A stretch of DNA of 59,686 nt from Candidatus Nealsonbacteria bacterium (GTDB lineage Bacteria; Patescibacteriota; Minisyncoccia; Minisyncoccales; GWA2-38-27): assembly GCA_030616085.1 (NCBI GenBank), contig JAUWYA010000001.1:74692-134377 (forward strand), in the 5' to 3' direction. Shown here piece after piece: positions 42,605-52,367 of the stretch (position 1 is the stretch's first letter; each line of letters begins with the position of its first letter). The notes below the pieces were generated by a model. It had not been told where the DNA came from and searched no databases. It saw nothing but the letters and a program-made list of their open reading frames with translations. Position numbers and translations under genes: made by a program.

Positions 42605-44178
42605 AAAATATAAATAAAACAAAAAATTTTAACATGAATAAAAAAATAATTCAAAAATTTGGTTCTGAACTGAAACTGGATATCGGCTGCGGTAAAAATA
42701 AAAAGACGGGATTTATTGGCGTGGATATTGATAAAAATAGTGATGTTGATATAGTAGCTTCTGCTTTAAATCTTCCTTTTGAAGACTCGACAGTAAGCGA
42801 GGTTAATTCTTCTCATTTAGTTGAGCATTTGTATCCAAATGAAGTCCCAAAATTTTTCAATGAAATTTACCGAGTTTTGAAAAAAGGGGGAGTAGCTAAA
42901 ATTAAAATTGATAGAGATTGGTCAGAAAGGAAACTTTTAAAAAAAGACCCAGAACACAAAAAAAGATACTCAGTGGAAGAAATAAAAGAAATGGTAAAGA
43001 AATTTAGATTTTCAAAAGTAAAAAGAAGAATATATCGCTATGGTTGGCACATTAGGCAAAAAATATTTGTGGAACTAAAGAAAAGTCCAATGAAAATAGG
43101 AATAATCACCTCTTCATTATCAGAAACAAATGGTTGGGGTAGGTATTCCTTGGAAATAGTAAAAGAATTAAAAAATTTTGGTGAAGTGAAAGTGATTTCT
43201 CACCAAATAGAGGAGTTAAAAGAAATTGAAACATATCCTATATTGCCTCCTCCTTTAGGCAATTCCTTAAAAAAGATATGGGCTCTGCTAAAAATTATAA
43301 AGTATCTTAAAGGTTGTGATATTTTTCATTGTTTAATCGAACCTTATGCTCCAATAATAGCCCTTGCCAATCTTAGTCTAAAAAAACCTTTTGTAATCAC
43401 TGCTCACGGAACATATGCAATTCAACCTATTAATAAAAAAGGAATAAATTCTTTCTTAATGAAATTTGCTTATAAAAAAGCCAATAAAATAATCTGCGTT
43501 AGCAATTTTACAAAAAATGAGATATTAAAAAAATGTAACTTAAATAATTTAGAAGTTATTCCTAATGGTGTTGATTACAGTGCTTTCTCGAATTATGAAC
43601 CAAACAAAGCAAGACCAAACAGAACTATAATCCTTTCGGTAGGGCCCATTAAGTCCAGAAAAGGATATGACGCCTCTATAAAGGCTATTTCCAGATTAAA
43701 AAAAGAAAATTTAAAATATTATATTATCGGAGATATTATTCCTAATGACTTTTTTTACAAACAATTAAAAGAGCTAATTAAAAAAGAGAATTTAGAAGAA
43801 AAAGTAAAATTCTTAGGCAGAGTTTCTAATGAAGAACTTCTTAATTTATATAATAAATGCAATATATTTTTACTTACGCCTAAAAATGTTAATTGTAAAG
43901 TTGAGGGATTTGGATTGGTTTATCTTGAGGCAAACGCTTGCGGAAAACCAGTGATTGGAACATATAATTGCGGGGCCGAGGAGGCAATTATCAATGGATA
44001 TAATGGATTTTTAGTGCCTCAAAATGATCCCGAAAAAACTGCCAAAGCTATTAAGTATCTATTAAATAATCCAGAGGTTGCTAGAAAAATGGGTGAGAAT
44101 GGAAGAAAGAGAGCTCAGGATCTCTCCTGGGAGAATATTGTTAAGGAAATAATAAAAATCTATGAACAAAGCCTTTGA
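42601..44178 (+). CDS. bifunctional methyltransferase (N-terminal) - GT4 glycosyltransferase (C-terminal) fusion
   Basis: N-terminal LDIGCGKNKKTGFIGVD...SSHLVEHL...GGVAKI. C-terminal EGFGLVYLEANACGKPVIGT. Confidence 0.8.
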   Translation: MKNINKTKNFNMNKKIIQKFGSELKLDIGCGKNKKTGFIGVDIDKNSDVDIVASALNLPFEDSTVSEVNSSHLVEHLYPNEVPKFFNEIYRVLKKGGVAKIKIDRDWSERKLLKKDPEHKKRYSVEEIKEMVKKFRFSKVKRRIYRYGWHIRQKIFVELKKSPMKIGIITSSLSETNGWGRYSLEIVKELKNFGEVKVISHQIEELKEIETYPILPPPLGNSLKKIWALLKIIKYLKGCDIFHCLIEPYAPIIALANLSLKKPFVITAHGTYAIQPINKKGINSFLMKFAYKKANKIICVSNFTKNEILKKCNLNNLEVIPNGVDYSAFSNYEPNKARPNRTIILSVGPIKSRKGYDASIKAISRLKKENLKYYIIGDIIPNDFFYKQLKELIKKENLEEKVKFLGRVSNEELLNLYNKCNIFLLTPKNVNCKVEGFGLVYLEANACGKPVIGTYNCGAEEAIINGYNGFLVPQNDPEKTAKAIKYLLNNPEVARKMGENGRKRAQDLSWENIVKEIIKIYEQSL

Positions 44179-44213
44179 TGAAAAAATAGCGATTTTTATG
44201 ACTTAGAATACCT

Positions 44214-44242
44214 TTTACATAAAACATAAATTATGGTATATA
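44214..44242 (+). promoter_or_regulatory. sigma70-like promoter with extended -10, positioned for a leaderless or near-leaderless transcript
   Basis: TTTACA (44214-44219), 17-nt spacer ending in TGG, then TATATA (44237-44242). The ATG of the next gene is at 44250. Confidence 0.45.
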
Positions 44243-44249
44243 AAAATAT

Positions 44250-45482
44250 ATGCGAAAAATCATTTTAGTTGGCACAGGAGATTATTATAAAAATATTGTT
44301 TCTTCCTCTCTAAACATTATGAAAAAAGAGGGATTACTTGAATTGTTTGCTACCTGCAGTAGGGATTTAAAAGATTTAAATAAGCCAGATGTTTTTAGTA
44401 GAATTGAGCATATAGGAAGGAGCGGGCCAGAGAAACTTAGTGTTTTACTTTCTGATTTTAGGAATGAAGAAACCATTGTTCTCTTAAGTCATGCTAATAA
44501 ATTTCATACACCAGATGCAGAAGATTTGGTGAGGAATAATTTTAAGGTAATAGTTGAAAAACCCTATTGTATAAACAAATCTCAATTAGGGACTTTGCAA
44601 AATTTGATAAGTAGTCAACCCGATAAAATTGGCTTATTAGAGTACTATTTAACAATGAAATCAATCCCTCTGCTTATTCTGGCAGGAGAAATTAAGAAAG
44701 ATAGTTTTTATTTCAAAAAAGAAGGATTGTTAAAGAAGTGTAAGGGGTTGCGCTCTTTTGTTGATAATATAACTAAGTTGTCTGGGAGAATAGAAGAATT
44801 TATTGGCAAGCCAAAATTTGTATTGGTGGATCTTTTTGAAGGAGAGGGTCAGACAGGAAGATTAAACCATAGAGGAGCATCTCTCTGCGATCTTAGAAAA
44901 GGCGGGGGAATGATTCAGGATTTGGGCATTCATGCAGTATCTCCTCTTTTTGCCTTGGAGGATTATTTAGGCAATATTGATGAGTCGTTTAAGAAAGGAA
45001 AAGTAAGAATAGCTAAATGTAAAGAATATATTCAGATGGTTAAAAGAAAGTTTGGCTTGCCTAATAACTATATTGGAGAAACCTATGCTGAGATTGAATT
45101 TTCTACCTCAAAAAGTGTGCCAATAAAGGTGTCGGTAGGAAAGTATGTTTTAAATAACAAAAATCAAAGAAAAATGGTTATAATAGGTAGTAAGGGTAAA
45201 GCTTTTCTTGATCTTTCTTCTTGTTCCTTATTCCTTTCAACTAACAATAGACCTGAGATAAAAATAATAGAAATTCCCCAAAAGCCATCTTCTAAGTATT
45301 ATCCTGTTATAAGGGCAGGCTTGGAAGTATTAGAAGGGCATAGTCCTTTTAGCTTTAATGTTAGAGAAACAGCTTTAAGAGCTCAGTTGTTTATTTTAAA
45401 TGTTTTGGAAAAGGCCTATTTAGGAAAAATTAAGATTGGTTTATATAAATCAGGGGTCTTGCCTCAAGATATCTTTAAATAA
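44250..45482 (+). CDS. Gfo/Idh/MocA-like oxidoreductase (divergent)
   Basis: N-terminal ILVGTGDYY Rossmann-like segment and the VIVEKPY (EKP) motif. Confidence 0.55.
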   Translation: MRKIILVGTGDYYKNIVSSSLNIMKKEGLLELFATCSRDLKDLNKPDVFSRIEHIGRSGPEKLSVLLSDFRNEETIVLLSHANKFHTPDAEDLVRNNFKVIVEKPYCINKSQLGTLQNLISSQPDKIGLLEYYLTMKSIPLLILAGEIKKDSFYFKKEGLLKKCKGLRSFVDNITKLSGRIEEFIGKPKFVLVDLFEGEGQTGRLNHRGASLCDLRKGGGMIQDLGIHAVSPLFALEDYLGNIDESFKKGKVRIAKCKEYIQMVKRKFGLPNNYIGETYAEIEFSTSKSVPIKVSVGKYVLNNKNQRKMVIIGSKGKAFLDLSSCSLFLSTNNRPEIKIIEIPQKPSSKYYPVIRAGLEVLEGHSPFSFNVRETALRAQLFILNVLEKAYLGKIKIGLYKSGVLPQDIFK

Positions 45483-45519
45483 AGAAATTATAATATTTTA
45501 AAATTTTATTGAAAATTAT

Positions 45520-46527
45520 ATGAAAAAAATTATTTTCTCAAATTATTTTCATGAATCAGAAATGAGGCCGCGAACTTTGTTTAAGCACTGGAAAGAAATT
45601 CTCAGAGGAGAACTTTCTCTACGTTTTGCTGATAAGAATGATTTTGTGGATATAAATTGTCCAGGATGTGGTAGTAAGGAATTTAACCCAGCATTTATGA
45701 AATTCGGATTTGAATATCAAAGATGCAATGTTTGCGATAGTTTATTTGTTTCTCCTAGGCCAACAGCTCTGGCCCTAAAGAGATTTTATCAAGATTCTCA
45801 GGCAACGAAGTTCTGGAGAGATAAGATATTGAAGGCCTCTATGGATGCCCGCCGCCGTTATCAAGTGTCCCCGCTATACACCTGGTTTTTGGATTTAGTA
45901 AAAGATTATCAGCCCAGAGCTAAATTCGCTATTGATTATAAACCAAAATATTTTAGTTTATTTCTTTATGATAAAGATTTCTATAGGCAACTTGAGAAGA
46001 TTATTTTTGTAGAACCTTTAGCTTTAGAGCAAAATTTTTCGGCTAAGAATATTAAAATAACCAGCGATTTAAAAGAGTTAGAAAATAAAGCTGATGTTTT
46101 TACTGCTTTTGAGGTTTTAGAGAGAGAGTTTGACCCGGCTTATTTTATTAAACAAGTAAGTAGAATTTGCCGTAAGGGGGGATTATTTTTTCTAACTACC
46201 AATACAATTAGCGGTTTTGAATATCAAATACTGGGCAGAAATTCACCCCGACTTGTCCCGCCAGACCGTTTAAATCTTCTCTCTACAGAAGTCATTCATA
46301 AATTTTTAGTCAAAGAAGGGTTTGAAATACTTGATTTGAGTACGCCTGGTAAGTTGGATGTGGAGCTGGTAGTTAACACCTTTAAAGAAAACCCAAACAT
46401 TGAAATGCCTGAGTTTTTGAGATACATGTTTAAATGTCGAGATGGAGATACATGGGAATCTCTTCAAGATTTTCTTCAGTTAAGCCGTCTAAGTTCTTTT
46501 TTGAGAGTTGCCGCTATAAAGAAGTAA
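45520..46527 (+). CDS. Zn-ribbon-containing class I SAM methyltransferase (paralog of 52368-53387)
   Basis: CPGCGSKEF...CNVCDSLFVSPRP, then an MTase core (FEVLERE, GGLFFLTT) and ...LNLLSTE...GFEILDLSTPGKLDV shared with the paralog. Confidence 0.65.
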   Translation: MKKIIFSNYFHESEMRPRTLFKHWKEILRGELSLRFADKNDFVDINCPGCGSKEFNPAFMKFGFEYQRCNVCDSLFVSPRPTALALKRFYQDSQATKFWRDKILKASMDARRRYQVSPLYTWFLDLVKDYQPRAKFAIDYKPKYFSLFLYDKDFYRQLEKIIFVEPLALEQNFSAKNIKITSDLKELENKADVFTAFEVLEREFDPAYFIKQVSRICRKGGLFFLTTNTISGFEYQILGRNSPRLVPPDRLNLLSTEVIHKFLVKEGFEILDLSTPGKLDVELVVNTFKENPNIEMPEFLRYMFKCRDGDTWESLQDFLQLSRLSSFLRVAAIKK

Positions 46528-46530
46528 AAA

Positions 46531-46558
46531 AACAATTAACAATTAACAATTAATAATT
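46531..46558. repeat. heptamer tandem repeat (AACAATT x3 plus degenerate AATAATT) in an intergenic spacer
   Basis: AACAATTAACAATTAACAATTAATAATT lies directly upstream of the SIS gene start at 46565. Confidence 0.8.
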
Positions 46559-46564
46559 ATTAAT

Positions 46565-47185
46565 ATGGCCAAAAGAAATATAAAAAAAATGTATAAAAAA
46601 TCTTCCTGTCCCACAGAATATTTTAGAGAATATTCTAAATATTTTTTTCATTTGCTGGCAAATCTGGACTATAACACCATTGAAAAAATAACCAATGTTA
46701 TTTTAGAAAAATCTAAGCAAGGGAAAACAATATTTTTAATTGGTAACGGCGGAAGCGCTGCCACCGCTTCCCATTTTGTCACTGATCTTTCTCATGGTAT
46801 TTTGTTTAAAAATAAACCTTTAATTAAAGCGGTGAGTTTAGTTGATAACATTCCTTTATTAACCGCTATCAGCAACGATAAAGGATATGAGAAAGTTTTT
46901 ACTGACCAAATTAGAAATTTATTTCGGAAGGAGGACATATTAATGGCAATTTCCGCCAGCGGCAGCTCTCCTAATCTGGTTGAAGCCGTAAACCTTGTTA
47001 AAAAAATGGGTGGTATAACCATTGGCTTGGTAGGGTTTGACGGAGGGAAATTAGCCAAAATTTGCGATTATGTTATTCAGGTTCAAACAGAAAAAGATCA
47101 ATATGGTCCGGTAGAAGATGTCCATATTTTTTTGGGCCATATAATTACTTCTTATTTAGGTTTAAGTTTAAGCAAAAAAAAGTGA
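46565..47185 (+). CDS. SIS-domain sugar-phosphate isomerase (GmhA-like)
   Basis: IFLIGNGGSAATASHFVTDL and AISASGSSPN. Confidence 0.8.
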   Translation: MAKRNIKKMYKKSSCPTEYFREYSKYFFHLLANLDYNTIEKITNVILEKSKQGKTIFLIGNGGSAATASHFVTDLSHGILFKNKPLIKAVSLVDNIPLLTAISNDKGYEKVFTDQIRNLFRKEDILMAISASGSSPNLVEAVNLVKKMGGITIGLVGFDGGKLAKICDYVIQVQTEKDQYGPVEDVHIFLGHIITSYLGLSLSKKK

Positions 47186-47204
47186 ATCTTGTTTTTAAAA
47201 ATCT

Positions 47205-48326
47205 ATGAAAACTCCTAATAAGGTAAAAAAACTTAAAGTTGGCGTTGTTGGGGCTGGTAGAGCAACCAGAGAGCTGACCATACCAGCATTTAATTGTCTG
47301 TCAGATGCAGAGCTTATTGCTATTTGTGATGTAGATTTAGAAACAGCCAAGGGGCTTGTCAAACCTCTTAAAATTTCAGCTTATTCTGGTCTATCAGAAA
47401 TGTTGGATAAAGAAGATCTTCAAGTAGTAATTATTAATACTCCCGTCCAGACTCATACCGATTTAGCAATTGAAGCTATGCGGAAAGGATGCAGTGTGAT
47501 TATTGAGAAACCGGTTGTTGCTCGTCTAGAGGAATTAGAAAAACTTCGGCAGGCGAGGGATGAAACCGGCATGAAGCTGACTGCTGTTCACAATTATAAA
47601 TTTTATCAAGGTCCTCAAAAAGCTTTCCAAATGTATCAGAATGGTCTATTAGGGGAAATTATCCATATAGACAGAATATGGATGACTCCTCCTCAAGAAG
47701 ATAGAATGGAACGTAATTCTAAAGGATGGTGGCATCGCAGTGTTGGAGGTAGATTAGCTGACGCTTTGCCCCACATGCTTTATCTTCCTTATATGTTTGT
47801 AGGACCTATGGAGCTTGTAGCTGTTACTGTCAGAAAGTTAGCCAAAGACCGGCCCTGGTCCTTTTGCGATGAGTCAAATATTGTTCTTCGCACCCCTAAA
47901 GCTTATGTCAATATTCGTCAATCAACCAATCAAGAATCCTGGCCCTATAAAGGCTACATCTACCATACCTTTATTTATGGGACAAAGCTTAGTGCAGCTA
48001 CCAATCATCACGATGCCGAGATTATTTGGAAACATTCTAATCTCAGAGATTTTTTAAGAGGGACGAAGTCAGGAATGAGTCTTTTTAAAAGTCAATTAGT
48101 CAAGATTATTCCTGGATTAGTCAAGATTATTCCTGAAAAAAAGCGAAAAGTAGTTTCTCGGGGAGCCCATAATGTTTTATATGAAAAATTTATTGATTAT
48201 ATTTTAGAAAAAGGTCCAAATCCTGTTCCTTGGGAAGAGATAGTAAATGTGGCCACTCTTACTGAGCAAATTTCAGCTAAAATGCAGGAATGTATAGATA
48301 AAAATAAGAAGGTAATATGTGAATAA
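47205..48326 (+). CDS. Gfo/Idh/MocA family oxidoreductase
   Basis: KVGVVGAGRATREL Rossmann motif and VIIEKPV. Confidence 0.8.
   Translation: MKTPNKVKKLKVGVVGAGRATRELTIPAFNCLSDAELIAICDVDLETAKGLVKPLKISAYSGLSEMLDKEDLQVVIINTPVQTHTDLAIEAMRKGCSVIIEKPVVARLEELEKLRQARDETGMKLTAVHNYKFYQGPQKAFQMYQNGLLGEIIHIDRIWMTPPQEDRMERNSKGWWHRSVGGRLADALPHMLYLPYMFVGPMELVAVTVRKLAKDRPWSFCDESNIVLRTPKAYVNIRQSTNQESWPYKGYIYHTFIYGTKLSAATNHHDAEIIWKHSNLRDFLRGTKSGMSLFKSQLVKIIPGLVKIIPEKKRKVVSRGAHNVLYEKFIDYILEKGPNPVPWEEIVNVATLTEQISAKMQECIDKNKKVICE
48096..48137 (+). repeat. 21-bp tandem duplication inside the oxidoreductase CDS
   Basis: TTAGTCAAGATTATTCCTGGA / TTAGTCAAGATTATTCCTGAA (20 of 21 identical) encodes LVKIIPG-LVKIIPE. 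Confidence 0.9.
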
Positions 48327-48329
48327 AAA

Positions 48330-49214
48330 ATGAAACCAGTAATCTTTTTTAAAAAAATAATTAGAAAATTTTTTCTAAAAAAAGAGAAAAATTTATTATT
48401 GAATTTAAGCAATAATCGTCGGGGACTTACTAGGAATCAATTTCTTTTAAGTCGTCCTTCAACCAGTGAAAATATTTGGAGGAAATTATCAGGATTTTAC
48501 TTGTCACTTTCAAAACCACCGAGGATTCTTGAATATGGTTCTGGAATTTCCACTTTCTATCATTTCGAAAGTCTTAGAAAAAAAAATGGGGGAGAGTTAG
48601 TAAGCGTGGAACACAGCTTGGACTGGTACTATAAGTTGAAAAATTCTTTTCAAGCAATTTATTCTTCAGAAATTCCTGATTTTCAAGAAACTACAAAGAC
48701 AGATATAAATCAAAAAAAGATTAATTGGTCATTTTCTATACCTTTTTCCTTTTCTGAAAATAAAAATAATTTAATATTTCAATATTTATATCGTCCGGCC
48801 CAAGGAAGAACAGGCTGTGGCACTTTTAAAGAGTTTAAAGAATACGTTACTGCTCCTTCAGGAAAATTTGATGTGATTATAATTGACGGAAGAGCCAGAA
48901 AAGCTTGTATTCAATATGTTCTAAAAAACCAATTATTATCTGAAAACGGATTGTTGGTGTTATTTGAGGCTGGGCGTGGTAGCTCATTGTGGCCGAAAAA
49001 AGATCAATTAACTAGTATCTATAATTATCAACCAGAAGTTGACATTTTACTTAAGATGGGGGCAGAATTAGTAGATGGAAATGGATTCGAAAGGTGGGAA
49101 AATTGGATCCCTAATCGACCAAAACATAAATATTTTTCTGATCATTGTCCTGGGGAAGCTTGTTTTTGGTATAAAGAAACTATTAAAAATAATGGGCTAG
49201 AAAAACCAATATGA
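48330..49214 (+). CDS. hypothetical protein, possible class I methyltransferase fold
   Basis: ILEYGSGISTFY (GxGxG-like), an acidic residue after beta2 (VSVEH), and FDVIIIDG. Weak assignment. Confidence 0.4.
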   Translation: MKPVIFFKKIIRKFFLKKEKNLLLNLSNNRRGLTRNQFLLSRPSTSENIWRKLSGFYLSLSKPPRILEYGSGISTFYHFESLRKKNGGELVSVEHSLDWYYKLKNSFQAIYSSEIPDFQETTKTDINQKKINWSFSIPFSFSENKNNLIFQYLYRPAQGRTGCGTFKEFKEYVTAPSGKFDVIIIDGRARKACIQYVLKNQLLSENGLLVLFEAGRGSSLWPKKDQLTSIYNYQPEVDILLKMGAELVDGNGFERWENWIPNRPKHKYFSDHCPGEACFWYKETIKNNGLEKPI

Positions 49215-50134
49215 ATGGGAAAAATAAAATATTAATTACTCCTTCGTCTTTTGGGGAATTAGATTTAGAACCAATAGATGAATTAGTTAAAAATGGTTTT
49301 GAGGTAGTTAAAAATCCTTTTGGAAGAAAAATCACTACCCAGGAATTAAAAGAGCTTTTATTGGGAACTGTTGGTTTAATTGCCGGTTTGGAAACAATAG
49401 ATAGAGAGACCTTAAGAAATTCTACACTCAAAGTTATTTCCCGCTGCGGGGTAGGGATGAGCAATATTGATTTGAAAGCAGCTAAAGAATTGGGAATTAT
49501 TGTTAAAAATACGCCCGATGCTCCGACCATTGCTGTAGCTGAGTTAACTCTTGGAGCTTTACTTGGGTTGTTAAGGATGATACCCCAAATGAGCCAAGAT
49601 TTACATCAAGAAGGGTGGAATAAAAAAATTGGGACTCAACTTTCAGGAAAGAATGTTTTAATAATTGGTTTTGGTAGGATCGGTCGTTATCTAGTCAAAT
49701 TATTAAGACCATTTAATGTAAAATTATTAGCAGTAGACCCTGCCTTATCGGGGATAGTTGATGGTGTTCCAATAGTTTCAATTAAGAGAGCTCTTCCCCA
49801 AGCAGATATAATCTGCCTCCATCTTAGTGGTGCTACTCAAGTTTTAGGGAAAGAGGAATTCTCAAAGGTAAAAAAAGGGGTTTTAATTCTAAATGCAGCG
49901 AGGGGTGGGGTTATTGATGAAGAAGGTTTAGAGGAAGCAATAAAAGAAGAAAAAGTGGCCGGAGTATGGTTAGATGTTTTTGCTGAAGAACCTTATGCTG
50001 GTCCCTTGGTTGATTATCCTCAAGTTTTACTTACCCCTCATGTTGGTTCTTATACCAGAGAGTGCCGGAAGAGAATGGAGATGGAAGCAGTCAGTAATCT
50101 ACTCTCTGCTCTCAGGCAAAATGCAAATGAATAA
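49211..50134 (+). CDS. D-isomer-specific 2-hydroxyacid dehydrogenase (PGDH-like)
   Basis: GKNVLIIGFGRIGRYL, ARGGVIDE, LTPHVGSYT. Confidence 0.85.
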   Translation: MNGKNKILITPSSFGELDLEPIDELVKNGFEVVKNPFGRKITTQELKELLLGTVGLIAGLETIDRETLRNSTLKVISRCGVGMSNIDLKAAKELGIIVKNTPDAPTIAVAELTLGALLGLLRMIPQMSQDLHQEGWNKKIGTQLSGKNVLIIGFGRIGRYLVKLLRPFNVKLLAVDPALSGIVDGVPIVSIKRALPQADIICLHLSGATQVLGKEEFSKVKKGVLILNAARGGVIDEEGLEEAIKEEKVAGVWLDVFAEEPYAGPLVDYPQVLLTPHVGSYTRECRKRMEMEAVSNLLSALRQNANE

Positions 50135-50164
50135 GAAAAATTTAAATCAATATCTTTCATTTTG

Positions 50165-51574
50165 ATGAACATTCTATTTTTAAATTCAAGTGTTAATATT
50201 GCTAAAAATACATGGTGGCATCACGGTTTGGGTTGTCTTGTTGCTATTCTCAAAGATAATGGATTCAAGGTAGAAGTAACAACCTTATTTTCTGAAAAAG
50301 AACATCTCAAGGTTTTTTCAAAAATAGAATCTTTCCAGCCAAAAATTATTGGCTTTAGCTCTGTTGCTTCTCAATTCAAGTTTATTAAAAGTTTATCGTT
50401 GGAGATTAAAAAAAAATTCCCTCATCTAATTGTTGTTTGTGGCGGCGTTCATCCAACTATCTTTCCTGATTGTTTAAAAGAAGCACCAGGATTAGATGGT
50501 ATTTTCCGCGGAGAATCAGAGTTTGCTTTTTTAGAGCTTGCCATCAGAGTTAAAGAAGGAAAACCCTTTCATGATATTTCTAATTTCGCCTATTTAAACG
50601 ATGCCGAAGAATTGGTTTTAAACCCTCTTCGTCCTCTTATTGAGAATCTTGATATGCTACCTTTTTCCGACAGGGAAGCATTTAATTATGAGGAAATTTT
50701 AAAATCAACTAAAGGTAGAACTCGATTTATCTTCAACCGTGGCTGTCCTTATTCCTGTACCTATTGCTGTAATCATGCTTTGGCTAAAGTTTACGGGTTA
50801 AAGATTATGAAGCCCCGCTTCAGAAGTCCCGAATTGTCGGTTAAAGAAATAATGCGTGTTTTAAAAAAATATAAAGTTAAAAACATTTTTATCATTGATG
50901 AAATATTTGGATTAAATAGAGAATGGTTATTAGAATTTTGTGCTTTGTATAAAAAATATATTAAGTTACCTTTTGAGTGTTTCCAGCGGGCTAATTTTGT
51001 TGATGAGGAGAAATTAATAAGATTGAAAGACGCTGGTTGTTTCTCGGTTGCTTTTGGAGTTGAATCTGGTAGTGATTTTATTCGCAATAAAATTATGAAT
51101 CGACAAATGACAAGAGAGCAGATAATTTCTGCTTTTAGACTTTGTCATAGATTAGGATTAAAAACAGTAGCCTCCAATATTATCGGCTTGCCTTTTGAAA
51201 CAAAAGAGATGATTTTTGAAACAATTAAACTGAATCGAGAGATATTGCCTCATAGTAGCATCGTTGGAATTTTCTATCCTTATCCTGGAACAGAGTTGGA
51301 AAAATTATGCCGAGAGAAAAACTTAATAAATGAGGAAAAACTTAATGACCCTAATTTTGTAGAAAGGAAAAGAGGGTCGGTATTGAATTTAGAAATTCCT
51401 GACGGGGAGCTAGATTGGTTTAGAAAAAATTGGTATAGATTAATTTATCGAAACCCAAATACTATGTTCCTACATCCCAAAAGATTGATTCTTGGAGAAG
51501 GATATAAGGGGCTAAGAAGAGCGGCCAGAAAGGTCCCTTTTATATATAATATATACCAAAATATAAAATATTAG
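50165..51574 (+). CDS. B12-binding-domain radical SAM enzyme (third copy in the window)
   Basis: N-terminal ILFLNS...HHGLGCLVAILKDNG and NRGCPYSCTYCCN. The ATG at 50165 is preferred over the TTG at 50162. Confidence 0.8.
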   Translation: MNILFLNSSVNIAKNTWWHHGLGCLVAILKDNGFKVEVTTLFSEKEHLKVFSKIESFQPKIIGFSSVASQFKFIKSLSLEIKKKFPHLIVVCGGVHPTIFPDCLKEAPGLDGIFRGESEFAFLELAIRVKEGKPFHDISNFAYLNDAEELVLNPLRPLIENLDMLPFSDREAFNYEEILKSTKGRTRFIFNRGCPYSCTYCCNHALAKVYGLKIMKPRFRSPELSVKEIMRVLKKYKVKNIFIIDEIFGLNREWLLEFCALYKKYIKLPFECFQRANFVDEEKLIRLKDAGCFSVAFGVESGSDFIRNKIMNRQMTREQIISAFRLCHRLGLKTVASNIIGLPFETKEMIFETIKLNREILPHSSIVGIFYPYPGTELEKLCREKNLINEEKLNDPNFVERKRGSVLNLEIPDGELDWFRKNWYRLIYRNPNTMFLHPKRLILGEGYKGLRRAARKVPFIYNIYQNIKY

Positions 51575-51592
51575 ACTGAAGAATTAAAAAAA

Positions 51593-52363
51593 ATGCAAAA
51601 CCCAATAAAAAAGAAATTAAAAGAAGGAAAAGCTTCAATTGGCAGCTGGCTTCAATTACCTTCTCCAACTATTGCTGAAATTATGGCAAAAAGCGGTTTT
51701 GAATGGCTGGTTATAGATATGGAACACTCAACTATTGGTATTCAGGATATTGAGAATTTGGTTCGGGCTATTGAAGGAGCGGGCTCCGTTCCTTTAGTTC
51801 GGCTTTGGAGTAATGACCCGGTTTTAGCAAAAAAAGTAATGGATGCTGGAGCTTACGGAGTAATTGTACCGATGATAAATACAGCTCAGGAGGCAGAAAG
51901 AGCAGTAAAGTCAGTGAAATATCCACCTGAGGGTAAAAGGGGAGTGGGTCTTTATCGAGCCCAGGGTTTCGGGACTGATTTTGAAGAATATAAAAAAACT
52001 GTAAATAGAGAAAGTTTAGTGATTGTTATGATTGAGCACAAAAAGGCAGTGGAAAATATTCGGGATATCCTTTCAGTAGAAGGTGTTGATGGGTTGCTAA
52101 TTGGCCCCTATGATATGTCGGGCTCTTTTGGAGTGCCCGGTCAATTAGACCATCCCTTAGTAAAAGAGGCTCAAAAAAAAGTATTAGTGGTAGCTAAAAA
52201 TTTAGGGGTAGCTGCTGGAATACATGTGGTTCATCCTTCTTTAGAAGAAGTTAAAGCAAGAATTGAAGAGGGTTTTAGATTTATTGCTTTTAGCACCGAC
52301 GCTATATTACTTAATACCAGCTGTCGAGAAATAATCTCGAAATTGAATGGATTAAGCAAATAA
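51593..52363 (+). CDS. HpcH/HpaI-family class II (pyruvate) aldolase
   Basis: GSWLQLPSPTIAEIMAKSGFEWLVIDMEHS, VRL..ND, VPMINTAQEAE, IGPYDMS. Confidence 0.85.
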   Translation: MQNPIKKKLKEGKASIGSWLQLPSPTIAEIMAKSGFEWLVIDMEHSTIGIQDIENLVRAIEGAGSVPLVRLWSNDPVLAKKVMDAGAYGVIVPMINTAQEAERAVKSVKYPPEGKRGVGLYRAQGFGTDFEEYKKTVNRESLVIVMIEHKKAVENIRDILSVEGVDGLLIGPYDMSGSFGVPGQLDHPLVKEAQKKVLVVAKNLGVAAGIHVVHPSLEEVKARIEEGFRFIAFSTDAILLNTSCREIISKLNGLSK

Positions 52364-52367
52364 TTTT

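Noticed and set aside
50408-50416. Homopolymeric A8-A9 tracts inside coding genes as phase-variation switches. Examples are A9 at 50408-50416 and A8 at 7543-7550, with others in rfbH and the GT genes.
   Set aside because: Lysine-rich proteins in an AT-rich genome produce such tracts frequently. All the ORFs concerned are intact, and there is no evidence of frameshifted variants in this single sequence. Population-level read data would be needed.
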